NCBI RefSeq assembly: GCF_001194135.2
Contig: NC_069003.1
Span: 22,413,707-22,477,706 of the forward strand
DNA: 64,000 nt
Source of the DNA: Octopus bimaculoides
Lineage: Eukaryota
Direction of reading: 5' to 3'
The translations under genes and the position numbers were made by a program. Under the pieces are notes generated by a model. The model worked only from the letters and a program-made list of their open reading frames with translations. It made no database searches and was not told the DNA's origin. Below, piece after piece: positions 49,636-61,641 of the stretch (position 1 is the first letter of the stretch; each line of letters starts with the position of its first letter).

Positions 49636-50676
49636 CCAAGTGGAACTGTAGTCATGACCATTGCCAGTGTCATGTAATTGGCACTCATGAATGCATAGTG
49701 ATGACCATTACCGATGTCATGATGTAAATGGCACCTGTGCCAGTGGCATGTAAAAAAACACTCGTTACATTCTCTGAGTGGTTGGTATTAGGAAGGGCAT
49801 CCAGCCATAGAGGCCATGCTAAATCAGACTGGAACCTGGTGCAGCTCTCTGGCTCACCGTTTCCTGTCAAGCCGTCTAACCCATGCCAGCATGGAAAGCA
49901 GACGTTAAATAATGGTGATGAGGATAAAGATATATAAATGTGTGTTGGTCAACCGAATTATTTCCTCCTATATAAAGCCTATGTGCAGTTGACTTTAGTC
50001 AACCAACTCCAAGCTCTACAACTTCTACCTTACAGAAACTCTGCACATCAGCCACCCCCTCTGCTCCAGTCTCAGACAAAAATTCCAAACATGTCACCTT
50101 ACACACCAAAGTTCCTGCATCAAAGCAGATCCATCCCTGATAGCTGACAGAAGCAATAGCCAACATTCAGCACCTTGACCAATTACAAGTCCAACTATAT
50201 TGCCCACCATATGACCACTGAAAGACACTCAATTCTGCCCACCACCACTACATTTCATTATTTCAGGCTCACCAATGAATACAGTTGACCTCCATGGACT
50301 GTATGAAACCTTTAGGTATGAAGAAATAATTCTGCTTACCAACCCACAGTTATAAGAGGCTCTATATGTATTGAGCACTTTGTGGTTTTGTACAAAGACA
50401 CACTCAAAAACATCATATATATATATATATATATGTATATATAAATAATATATGAGTGTATGCATATATATGTACATGTATGTACATACCTTCATCTACA
50501 TGTATATATAGATGCATATCTGGGTACATGACGTTGCAAAAAAAACATGGACAAAATGATAAACAAGGTACAAAAAACACCCCGGCCACATAGAGAACAT
50601 ATCCTTCATCAGCTGCCACCATTATAACACTGGCGTTTCGAAGAGTTATATATATATATATACATACATATATATA

Positions 50677-50729
<53 letters not shown>

Positions 50730-50730
<1 letters not shown>

Positions 50731-50916
50731 TGACCGTTGACTGAACACTATTCAATTTTTTTTCTCCGTGTTTTTCTCCTTGTCTCCGTATTCTTTCTGT
50801 TGAAGAGCGTAGCTCGAAACGTCAAAGACTTTCCGTATTCCCGAGCGTCATACTAATATATACTTTTGTTATTTACACCACCTGTCCTCGTCTGTTGTTA
50901 TTATTTGTATATTCTC

Positions 50917-50920
<4 letters not shown>
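50730..50920 (+). mobile_element. Penelope-like terminal repeat remnant carrying a minimal hammerhead-like motif
   Basis: tcttt CTGTTGA a gagc-gta-gctc GAAA CG TC aaaga at 50792-50828, embedded in (TA)n. Confidence 0.65.
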
Positions 50921-50963
<43 letters not shown>

Positions 50964-51630
50964 TATATATATATTTATTTATTTATTTGGTTAATGAGAG
51001 AAAGAAAATGGAAGATAGAATTTTTATTAATCACAACAATTGTTTTGACCCATCTAGCATTGATCGATCACTCATGGGTGGGATACTTAACAAATGGTTC
51101 AGGAGCATCTGATGGTGCAGATGTGTCTCTTCAGGTGATAAATAGATATAACTCTGTTAAAATAACAGCTCCACAATGTATCTTCTCAGTTCTTGTGAAG
51201 AAAAGCAGCAAATTAAAGGGATATAGCTTCATTTATATAAGAAGATCAATAATAAAATAACAGATGCAAAAAAAAAAAAAGAAACAAACATGCAGTACAG
51301 TGAAAAATGTGTTAAAAATGACCATTAATGGATATGGATTTATAAACGCTCTCGCATAGGTTGTATGGCACGTGTACACTTGCTCATACAAGCATCCATT
51401 TTTACCTCTGCTTTTCATGCTAGCATGGATTGGACTAGTCATCATGGTCTGTGTCACTTATTAGTAACTACTACTCCGCACACAAACACACAAGTATGTC
51501 TGCATTTCAGTGTGTTATATGTGTACACTCACAGTTGATCGCTCTACATTTGGCAGCAAATGTTATCTCATTTACTCACTGCTCCATCATATCATCTCTC
51601 TCTCTCTCTCTCGCTTTCTTTCTTCTACAG

Positions 51631-51749
51631 TAATGCTGGTGGGGAAGACGAACACACCGTAGACAGCTCAGAATCGTCCACAGACTCTGGTTCCTCTTCA
51701 GATTCCAGTAGCAGCAGCAGCAGCAGTGCAAGTAGCAGTTCTTCTGACA
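51631..51749 (+). CDS. CWC22: CWC22 exon 16 (Ser-rich)
   Basis: Strong (CT)n tract, ctacag|T AAT GCT; NAGGEDEHTVDSSESSTDSGSSSDSSSSSSSSASSSSSD; a|GTAAGT; phase 2 in / phase 1 out bridges exons 15 and 17 exactly. Confidence 0.82.
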
Positions 51750-51964
51750 GTAAGTAAAAGTTTATTGATCAGAATTACAAGTTAGTAATGGAGGGCTAAT
51801 TCACACCATGGGGGAGGTTAGGTTAAACCATTTTTGTCTTAAATAGATATGGCTTTGCTAAACATATTTCCAAATTACAAGTTGGCAGGGAGTGTTGTAA
51901 ACGACCCGAAAAAATATTTTGGTGCAATCATCTTGGCACTGACAGATTGGTAAATAGAGTCAGT

Positions 51965-52340
51965 GCTCCGTCGGTTACGACGACGAGGGTTCCAGTTGAT
52001 CTGATCAACGGAACAGCCTGCTCGTGAAATTAACGTGCAAGTGGCTGAGCACTCCACAGACACGTGTACCTTTAACGTAATTCTCGCGGAGATTCAGCAT
52101 CACACAGAGTGTGACAAGGCTGGACCTTTGAATTATAGGTACAACAGAATCGGGAAGAAAGAGTGAGAGAAAGTTGTGGTGAAAGAGTACAGCAGGGTTC
52201 GCCACCATCCCCTGCCGGAGCCTCATGGAACTTTAGGTGTTTCGCTCAGTAAACACTCACAAGGCCCAGTCTGGTAATCGAAACCGCGATCCTACGACTG
52301 CGAGTCCACTACCCTAACCACTGGGCCATTGCGCCTCCAC
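51965..52340 (-). mobile_element. tRNA-headed SINE (family D tail, different core)
   Basis: - strand head ggcgcaatggcccagtggttaggg..ggtttcgatt; tail shared with 28745/29355/48470. Confidence 0.8.
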
Positions 52341-52379
52341 AGAGTCAGTGCTATGATGTCTTAATTAGTAGATATTAGA

Positions 52380-52600
52380 GGGCAGCAATCTGGCAAAATC
52401 GTTAGCATGTTGGGCAAAATGTTTAGTGGCATTTCATCCGTCTTTACGTTCTGGGTTCAAATTCTGCCGATGTCAACTTTGCCTTTCATACTTTTGGGGG
52501 GGTCATTAAAATAAGTATCAGTTGATGACTGGGGTTCAATGTAATTTACTTAGAGACCCTCCCCTTAAATTGCTGGTCTTGTGCCATAATTTGTAATCAA
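52380..52600 (+). mobile_element. SINE family A
   Basis: Diagnostic blocks present. Confidence 0.78.
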
Positions 52601-53773
52601 TTAGTAGACATTAGTCAGTTGGCTGACATGAAAGCAAGAAGGATTTTTCATTGTTTTACATTAATCTCTACGTTTACATTGATTTAGATAGCTTTTGTAG
52701 ATGTGTTTGTGTAGAGGTGTATGCTTATATTTTTGTAGATGTGTATGTTTGCATTGGTGTGCATGTTTGTGTATTGTTGGAATAGTTGATTTTCACTACT
52801 GGCTGTCCTTGTTCTTGCTAAAATACTCAACTGTAAGTAACATGATTATCAGATGGGTTGAGTGAAGTGAATTGGCCAGTTGAGGCAAAGTATCAGTTTG
52901 TATGGTTTAACCCTTTTGATACCAACCTGCCTGAGACTAACCTAGCTTCTGTGACATAAACTTACTGTTTCAACCCTTTAGCATTCAGATCATTCTGTCA
53001 AATGTAATGCTCATTTATTCATTTTGTTTTGAATTAATAATGCATTATCTTGTAGCTTTGAGATTTTGGTGATGTGATTGTTTATTTTTAGAATGACATT
53101 ATAAGGGTAGATGGCAGAGGCAGATCTGGTCAGTTTAAACATAAAACAGGTGGAATATTTTCACCAGATATGGCTGGGTTGTTAAAGGGTTAAAATAGTC
53201 TAAATTATAATTAATCTTCCATCAAAATTTTGGGCTGATTTATTCCAGACTCCAGCTTAATAATGCGAAAGTTATTTTACTAGAGACTTCATCATCATCA
53301 TCATCGTTTAACGTCCGCTTTCCATGCTAGCATGGGTTGGACGATTTGACTGAGGACTGGTGGAGCCCGAAGGCTACACCAGGCTCCAATCTGATTTGAG
53401 TTTCTACAGCTGGATGCCCTTCCTAACGCCAACCACTCCGAGAGTGTAGTGGGTGCTTTTACGTGCCACCCGCACGAAGGCCAGTCAGGTGGTACTGGCA
53501 ACGGCCACGCTCAAAATGGTGTATTTTATGTGCCACCCGCACATTATTTAAAAAATTTATTGAAACCTGTTAACAGAAATATGGTAACAAAAGGTTTAAA
53601 GCAAAACATCAGTTTCACTTTAAAGGCAGCCAGGGTGTGTTTTAGCTTCCATTTCTGTAATTCTCCCCATTTCCTCCGATTCTTATTCCATGAAACAATC
53701 AAACACTGAACTTAATGCTATTCTAATTCGTTTTTACTTTCTTTTTTTTTTTTTTTTTTTTTTTTAAATACAG

Positions 53774-54588
53774 CTATGAGATCTACAGCATTGGATGAGA
53801 AAAGGCGAAGAGACAACAGTGAAGTTACTACAAGTTCAGTGAACCATAAACATCGTTCTCGAGAAGACCACAGTTCTGGGAGGGATGCCATAAATGGACT
53901 CAACCAACAGGGATACACAACTGCTGGAGGGTCACATCGCAAAGAATCTCGACTTGGGCCAAGGGAGACCGACGAGAGAGTCACACATTTGGCTGACACT
54001 CGCGACCGAAACCATGAACGTGATCACAGACCAATGGAATGGTCGCGGAATGACAGTGCGGGTGCTCCGCTGCCTCCACCACGGAATAGCAGAAGTGGTG
54101 GCGGCGGTGGTGGTAGTGATGACGATGACGATGAAATTGATCGGTCGAGAAGGGTTCGGGGTGGGGAAAAGAGAGGAAGCCGTAGTGGTGGAGGGTACGT
54201 GGATAGGGTGGGATCATATGCTTCATCTTCCTCCAACACTGCCGATCAGTGGGACAAAAACCGAAGGGACTGGGATCGTAGCCAAAATAGGGGCTACGAG
54301 CTAGACCGATTCGGTGACCGTGGCGACCGGACAGATCGGTACTACGACAAGGACCGCAATGGCGACCGCTCAGACCGCTACTATGACAAGGAGAGGAATG
54401 AGCGGGAGTCATATCGACGAAACAGTGATCGGGGTGATGGGAACGGTGGAAGGCGGGACCCTAGACAGAAAAGATATCGAAATGACTATGTCAATAACAA
54501 CAACAACAGAAGGGACAGTTACATTCAAAAGGACCGAGTAGGACATGGGGATAGAGAAAGAACTGAAAAATACCGGAATAGGGATTAA
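53774..54588 (+). CDS. CWC22: CWC22 terminal coding exon 17 (R/D-rich tail)
   Basis: Long T tract, tacag|CT ATG AGA; open to TAA 54586-88; R/D/S-rich like CWC22 C-termini. Confidence 0.87.
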
Positions 54589-54783
54589 AAAAGAAATGTT
54601 TTTGTGCCTGATATATATATTTTATTTTTAATTTCTTTTTTTAAAAAAAAAAGACTTTTTTTCCTATTTTTTGTTCACATTATTTTTCTTAAACCCTCTT
54701 TCCTCTTTCTGTCTGGAAACATGTTTTCGTTCTATTTTCTTCCTAATGAACTAGAAGCTGTTGTAATTAAATATGGCTAAGAA

Positions 54784-54789
54784 AAATAA
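54784..54789 (+). terminator. Candidate polyadenylation signal AATAAA (others at 55213 and 56958)
   Basis: First AATAAA ~200 nt after the stop; motif only, actual site unknown. Confidence 0.35.
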
Positions 54790-55314
54790 AACAACAACAT
54801 CAATTACATGTCAAAATATATTTTTGAAATGAATTTATTTCTGGCAAAGGTTTCAGAAAAGCTTGTATTGTCTACCTTATATAGTTTTCTATTTTCTACA
54901 ATGTGTTCTAAAGTCCTTTTCTCTTTGCTGATTGTTTCACTTCTTTTGTTACATATGAAACTATAAGATTCTTTGTTTTAACACAGGTTTTTAATGTAGC
55001 ACTCATGCTGGGACTGCTACATATGCACAAGACATAAAGGAATGGAGTATCAACCCCCTTGATAAATGTTTGTGTGTGTGTGTGTTTAAAGTTGGTGACT
55101 CATTTTGTTGCTATTCTAAGTTCTTAATTTGTGTGTTTTTAGTAAACTGATGCCTCACTAAATACACACAAATAAGAAACGTATGACAACAGTAAATTGT
55201 TAGCTTCAACAGAATAAACTAATTTGACTCCATGTATTGAGTACTTTTTCTCCCATTTGTATACCCAGATGAATATGTATATATTGTGTGTGGGTGCACA
55301 CAGACACATATTTA

Positions 55315-55690
55315 GGTGCGGGCGTGGCTGTGTAGTAAGATGTGTGCCCCACCAACCACATGGTTTCTGGTTCAGTCTCACTTCATGTCACCTTGGGTAA
55401 TTGTCTTCTACTGTGTCTTTGATCAGGCCGACCAAAGCCTTCTGAGTGGACTTAGTAGGTGGAAACTAAAAGAAACCTATCATGTGTGTGTGTGTGTGTG
55501 TTTGTTCCCCACAACCACTTGACAACCATTGTTGGTTTGTTTACATGCCCATAAATTAGGGGTTTGATAAAAAGAGACTGATAGAAATAAGTACCAGGTT
55601 TAAAAAAATAAAAATACTAGAGGCAATTGTTTGACTAAACCCATGAAGGTGGTGCCCCAACATAACTTCAGTCTAATGACTGAAAGAAGT
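55315..55690 (+). mobile_element. SINE family B downstream of the stop codon
   Basis: ggcgtggctgtgtagtaaga..ggttcagtctc..gaccaaagcct..gactgaaagaagtaaa. Confidence 0.78.
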
Positions 55691-55705
55691 AAATGCGTGT
55701 GTATA

Positions 55706-55781
<76 letters not shown>

Positions 55782-55889
55782 CACATATACACACACAAAC
55801 ATTAATACGAACATGCTGTCTTTAAGATAGCCTGTTTTATATTGATATGGTAACATTTCATCATATATTCCAATAGTGAATATGCATAT

Positions 55890-56620
55890 GGTGGCATACC
55901 CACACAAGTGTGTGTGTGTCCAACCTTGTTTCTCCATAGCTTCCAGAAAAATGCATACCTTTTTTTTAATGAAATTTTTGTACAAATACACTTCAGTTGG
56001 TCTAGATTCTGATTTCATCAGAATTTGTTGTGAAAATATTTTTCCAGCGTTAGGGAGATGAGTTTCAGAAAATTTATACGTAAGATTTTTCTCCTCATAA
56101 CTTTCAGCAAAATGGGTATTTTTTTAAATGAAATTTCCTACAAATGCATATCAGAGTATGTAGAATACAATTATATAGGAATTTAATGTGAAAAAATTCT
56201 TGTTGGGTGTGTCCACATACATACTAATACACGTCACATATATCTGTAAAATGAAACTTGAAATTTCAGAAAATTGTAATGTGTGCCAGTAGGTATGTGT
56301 GCGTGTCCACCAATTTTTTTTTTTTTTCTTTTTTTTTTGCCTGATTAAATTCTGATATAATCTATATATTCTGAAAGATATTTGTAGAAAATTTCATTAA
56401 AAAATACCTGCTTTTCTGAATGCTATATGAAAAGAAATTCATGTGAACTTTCCAAGATTCTGCTTCCCATCCCCAGAAAAATTTTTCATATCAAATTCAG
56501 ATATAATCAGAATCTACATCTGAAGCATATCTGTAGAAGATTTCATTAAAAGATACTCATTATTCTGGAAATTATGAGGAAACAGTCTGTGGGGCACATT
56601 TGTGTATGTATGCCCATTGC
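55890..56620. repeat. Degenerate long inverted repeat (arms ~55890-56170 and ~56345-56620)
   Basis: Ordered matches such as ttccagaa.aatg, ttaatgaaat, tagattctgatt..atc.gaattt, tattttttaa.tgaaattt.ctacaaat between arm 1 and the reverse complement of arm 2. Confidence 0.75.
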
Positions 56621-57229
56621 TTTAAAATAAGTAATACCAAGATTACATTGCTATTATATATATGTACATACAGATTTGCTTTGCTTCACTTTCATTTTGT
56701 ATGTAACAATATTTAATTATATGAGCAAACAATACACTTTCTTTTGGTTTGCATTAAAAGGGTGACAATAATGTGAATAAGATGAGCTCAATTTTTCTCT
56801 TAAACCTTAACATAGATAGGATAATGGTATTTACAATCGTACTGTGTTTAGTAATGAATACTAACTGCATTAGAAATACATCAAAGCGAGTGTGTGTGTG
56901 TGTATATATATATATATGTATATATATATAATTATGTGTATTTCTTCTATCTTAATGAATAAAAATTCTTCTGATAGAATAAATGGGTTAATAGAAACCA
57001 ATGTAGCAAAGAACACAAAATAACTGTGGTTTAGTTCCTGTTTTTAAGGCAGGAACTCCTTGAAATTTTGGGTATTTGAGTATATTTAAGGAATGGAGAA
57101 AACGCATGTTATAATTGCATACAGGATTACAACCTGTGTGATATATATATATGGCAGTATTTAGGTATTAATTTTTCATTGCCTTTTGAATGCACATCCT
57201 TTTAATATAATTGCATTTCACATTCTTTT

Positions 57230-57769
57230 ATTCTTTTATTTGTTTCAGTCATTTGCCTGTGGCCATGCTGGAGCACCACCTTTAGAACAAATCGACCCTA
57301 AGATTTATTCTTTGTAAGCCTAGTGCTTATTCTATCGGTCTCTTTTGCCGAACCGCTAAGTTATGGGGGCATAAATACACTAACGTTGGTTGTCAAGTGA
57401 TGTTGAGGGAGACAAACACAGACACACACACACACACATGCTGAGACCTCCTTCGGTCATGACTGACCCTGGGATTGCACCGAGAAAGTTACTCTCCCAG
57501 GCACAAGTCCGGGCAAGGTTGTTTATGGAAGACCAGCAGTCCCCTCTCCACGCCACCAGTGTTATTCAAGGGAAAGGCCAGGGTCGATACACCTGTGACG
57601 TCGCAACTCATTTCTACAGCTGAGCGAACAGGAGCAACTTCAAATAAAGTGTCTTGCTCAAGAACAAAACATGCAACCCGGTCTGGGATTCGAACTCACA
57701 ACCTTACGATCATAAGCTCGACGCTCTAACCACTAAGCCATGCGCCTTCACACAAACACACACACACAG

Positions 57770-57814
<45 letters not shown>

Positions 57815-57975
57815 ATGGGCTTCTTTCAGTTTCCGTCTACCAAATCCACTCACAAGGCTTTGCTCAGCTTGAGGCTATATAGTACAAGACACTTGCCCAA
57901 AGTGCCATGCAGTGGGACTGAACCCGAAACCATGTGGTTGGTAAGCAGGCTACTTACCACATAGCCACTCCTGCA
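57230..57975 (-). mobile_element. SINE family B split by a nested tRNA-headed SINE (~57436-57748)
   Basis: B 5' half ~57815-57975, B 3' half ~57230-57435; inserted SINE head ggcgcatggcttagtggttagagc..gagttcgaatccc. Confidence 0.8.
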
Positions 57976-58314
57976 CCTAGCTCAACTTTACGTTTTCCAT
58001 TATTGATGCTTGAGCTTCCTTCATGTTGCATGTCTTGCCAACATTTTTTCCCACATGCATACCAAGCAATGAAATGCTACTTCTTGCAGTCCAGTTCTGA
58101 ACACTTTGCCCCAGCTGGTTACTGTATATCATTGCACATGTATTACTAGAAGTCCATTAGAAACCTGTAAGTTTTTAAATCATGTCATGGTTATATATGT
58201 ATATATATCACCATCAGACTGGAGCCTGGTGTTGCCATCCGGTTTCACCAGTCCTCAGTCAAATCGTCCAACCCATGCTAGCATGGAAAGCGGACGTTAA
58301 ACGATGATGATGAT

Positions 58315-61300
58315 GATCATCATCATCATCAATTAATGTCCATTTTCTAGATTGGTATAATTTGACAGGAGCTGGTGAGCGAGGGTGCTGCACCAGGCTA
58401 CATTCCTTTGGCATGGTTTCTATGGCTGGATGACCTTCCTAACACCAACAGCCACTTTACAGAGTGTGCTGACTTCTTTTTATGTGGCACCAGTGCTAAT
58501 GCAGTCACCAAATAACTCGCAAGACACTGAGTGGGTGGTGGTTTTGTGCCAGTTGAGAGATTAAAGAGGGATAGAAATAGATGTCTTGTTATAGAGAGGA
58601 ATTTTGGTTATCCAGTTTGGAAAAGAAAGGAGAAATAGTGGGGAAGATGTGTTGGGGAAACTACCACAAGGTACATTGGGGTTGAAGATTAGTAGTATAT
58701 TGGATTGAACAGAGGGATGGGAGTGGGGATGCTCCATAAGAATATGATGGGAGATGGTTGGGGAAGAGGTAACTAGCAAATGATAGAAGTGGTTGAGACA
58801 TGAAGGAATTGAGGGTGATTGTTTGCAGGCAGGCACATGGAGGGGAGTGTGCATCAGATAGTGATCATGAGGAGGGATAGATTGTCTATGGTGGCAGGAC
58901 ATGGATGTAAAAGAACATGCCTGTATGGCCTGATTTTACCTAGCTGGGTGAGTCTTTTCAAATACAGCAAATCACCAAATGTCTGTTCTATATAAACTCT
59001 TTAGTAAGGCTCGACATCGGAAGATCGTTCCTCAACACTTCATCCCATGTTTTCCTGGGTCTTCCTCTTCCACAGGTTCCCTCCACAGTTAGAGATCGGC
59101 ACTTCTCTATGCAAATGTCTTCATCCAAACACATCACATGACCATACCAGTCAGTCTTCTCTCTTGCACACTACATCTGATGCCTTTTATACCTAATTTT
59201 TCTCTCAAGATATTTACACATTATCATACATGCATACTGACATTGTACATCCAGTGGAGCCTACTGGCTTTATCTCTTTCAAGCCTTCACATTTCATCTG
59301 CAGTCATAGCCCATATTTCACTGCCATGTAGCATGGCTGTTTGCACACCAGCATCATACAGGCTGTCTTTCACTGACGGAGAGATCCTTTTATATGTCCA
59401 TAGCTTGCACTGTGTGCACCTTATGGAATTTCTACCTACACCTTTTCTACATATTGCATTGGGCTATTTTCCTGATGGGGTTAATAATTTGTTTCCTTTC
59501 CTGCTTATTAGGACTTTGGCCTTTGCTAAATTAACTCTGAGGCCCTTTGATTCCAGTTCTTGCTTCCACACCTGAAATTACTTCTAATTTCAGTAGAGAT
59601 TTAGCTATCTGAATAAGGTCATTGGCATAAAGGAGCTCCCAAGAGTAACCAGTCTCAAATTCCTGTTGTGGCCCTGGAGGACTATGATAAATAAATGGAG
59701 GCTAAAAACCAATTCTTGGTGAACTACTTGCACACTAAATTCATTGCTGACTTTCACCTTACTGACAGCACCCTCCATGTACATGTCTTGAACAGTTCTC
59801 ATCTACCCCTAGCTTCTGCATGAGCCACAAAATGGAAGGTTAGGGACAAGGACCCTATCAATGACTTTCTCTTTGTCGACAAAAGCCAAGTACAAAGGTT
59901 TATTTTTGCTAAATGCTTCTACAGTTGCCTTACAAGGTAAATAGCATCAGTAGTGCTGCTTCTCGGCACAAAACCAAACTGCATCTCATCTAGTCTAACT
60001 CTCTTCCTAACGAGTTGAGCAATGACCCTTTCTGTAACTTGCAGCAATTTGATACCTCTTAATTACTTCTGTCTAAGGCATCACTTCTACCTTTGTAACA
60101 GGTAACTCTAATGCTATGTCAGTCATTGGGTATGACCCCTTGCTAGACAGCCTGATTAACTATATTGGTGACTAGGCCATATCCCACTCTGCCATATATT
60201 TTAACCCTTTAGTGTTTAAACCGGCCATATCTGGCCAAAATATTCTACATATTTTATACTCAAATGGGCGATATCTAGCCTCTCATACTTCACCTACATT
60301 GACATTTTAAAATTAAACTAACACATCATTGAAACCTCAAAGCTGTAAGATAATGTATGATTAATTAAAAACAATTTGAGTGAAAAATTATTACATTTAA
60401 CAGAGTAATCTGAACATTAAAGGGTTAAACATTTTGGTGTTGGTACCTGATGGGCCAGGGGCTTTTGCTGTCTTCATATCCTTATTTGATCAATCATCCT
60501 ACTGTCAACTTGGATAGCTGGTCTCTCTCCGTTGGGTTCGCATTTGGAACAGTCTCCTTCCATGAATTCTCCATATTTAGTAACCTTTCATAGTTGCACT
60601 TCTGTGCATCGTTCTTAGTAGAATCACTAAGTGCAAGTGTACCATCATCCATCTGAATACACTTCACTCTTACATCATAGTATTCTCTGACAGTGTCTTG
60701 CAATCTGGAATGCCTCATTCCTCTGGTTCTCACACCACAGAACATTGGTAAACTTCTCACTTTCTGCTACTCCCGCAGCTAAATATACCTGTTGCTTAAC
60801 TTCTCTTCTGGCTACCTGGTGTGGTTCTTTGCTACCACCACACTTCCAGACTTGTTTCTCCATTCTTATGACCCTATCTCTTACATTGTTCCTCCACCAT
60901 ATCACCTTAGGCCTGGCTTGGGCCTTGCACCAGCCACAAATCTTGTAAGTTGCCTCACAGGAACTTCCAGTTGTCTTCTATGTTATATGGACATATAACA
61001 TAGAAGACAACTGGAAGTTCCTGGTAGTCCTCCTCCTCATCAAATGCTTTAATTAGGATGTCTCTAAATCTCTGACTAGGTTTGTTAAGCTTCCAGATCT
61101 TCCTTTTCTAGACTGGTTTGCTTCTTGGCATCCTTCTGTCTCAAAGTCTGAAGTCACTAATGACTAACATATGTTGTAAAGTACATTCTTCACTTGAGAA
61201 GGTCTTTGTATTGACGGAAAACCATTTATCTTGCTTTCTGGTAAGAATGTAGTCAATCTGGCTTGTGTGGCCACCAGGTTGATAGGTGAACAAGTGACTG

Positions 61301-61430
61301 GTTGGTTACCTGAAGTTAGTGTTGCAGATCATTAGGACATTTGCATCACAGGACACCAATAACCTTGTTCTGTCCCTCCACCCATTTTGGATTCCATAGC
61401 CTCCATGCACACAACATTGAAGTCACCAAT
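58315..61430 (-). pseudogene. Long degenerate RTE LINE (APE endonuclease end, RT, C-terminus, 3' UTR)
   Basis: - strand remnants: SQIDYIL..SD (APE, ~61270); RLDEMQFGFVP..TTDAIYLVRQL, LAFVD, VHQ..LFIIVL (RT); LYDA.V.TAMLHGSE.W, GRPRK; many stops/frameshifts; ends in terminal module and (GAT)n. Confidence 0.85.
60205..60424. mobile_element. piggyBac-type MITE nested in the RTE element
   Basis: TTAA|CCCTTTAGTGTT ... AACATTAAAGGG|TTAA; perfect TTAA TSD. Confidence 0.88.
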
Positions 61431-61641
61431 ATATACATATAGGTATGTTGGTGCAAACAGGTAAAATAGAACTCAAAATATGCATATATATTTTTACTAA
61501 TATTTAGCAGAAGTAACAGAGTGACTCAAGGTCCAAGAGTTTCATACATGGCACAGTGCCAATGCACGAAATTCTTGGACTTTGAATCACTCTATTACTT
61601 CTGCTAAATATTAATAAATATAATATATATATATATATATA

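Larger units (their letters stand above)
19270..54588 (+). other. CWC22: CWC22 gene body (17 coding exons traced, ~2060 aa; start exon unresolved)
   Basis: Spliced translation contains [122 protein letters not shown], matching CWC22/Nucampholin/LET-858 motifs; all 16 introns GT-AG with compatible phases. Confidence 0.97.

Noticed and set aside
50595-50645. Further hammerhead on the - strand (CTGATGA at 50612-50606, GAAAC nearby)
   Set aside because: Could not assemble stems I-III or a correctly placed NUH triplet; may be a broken Penelope remnant.
57680-57748. tRNA gene (also heads at ~52260-52335, 7885, 17267)
   Set aside because: A/B boxes are present but acceptor and anticodon stems do not pair, and each head continues into a SINE body.
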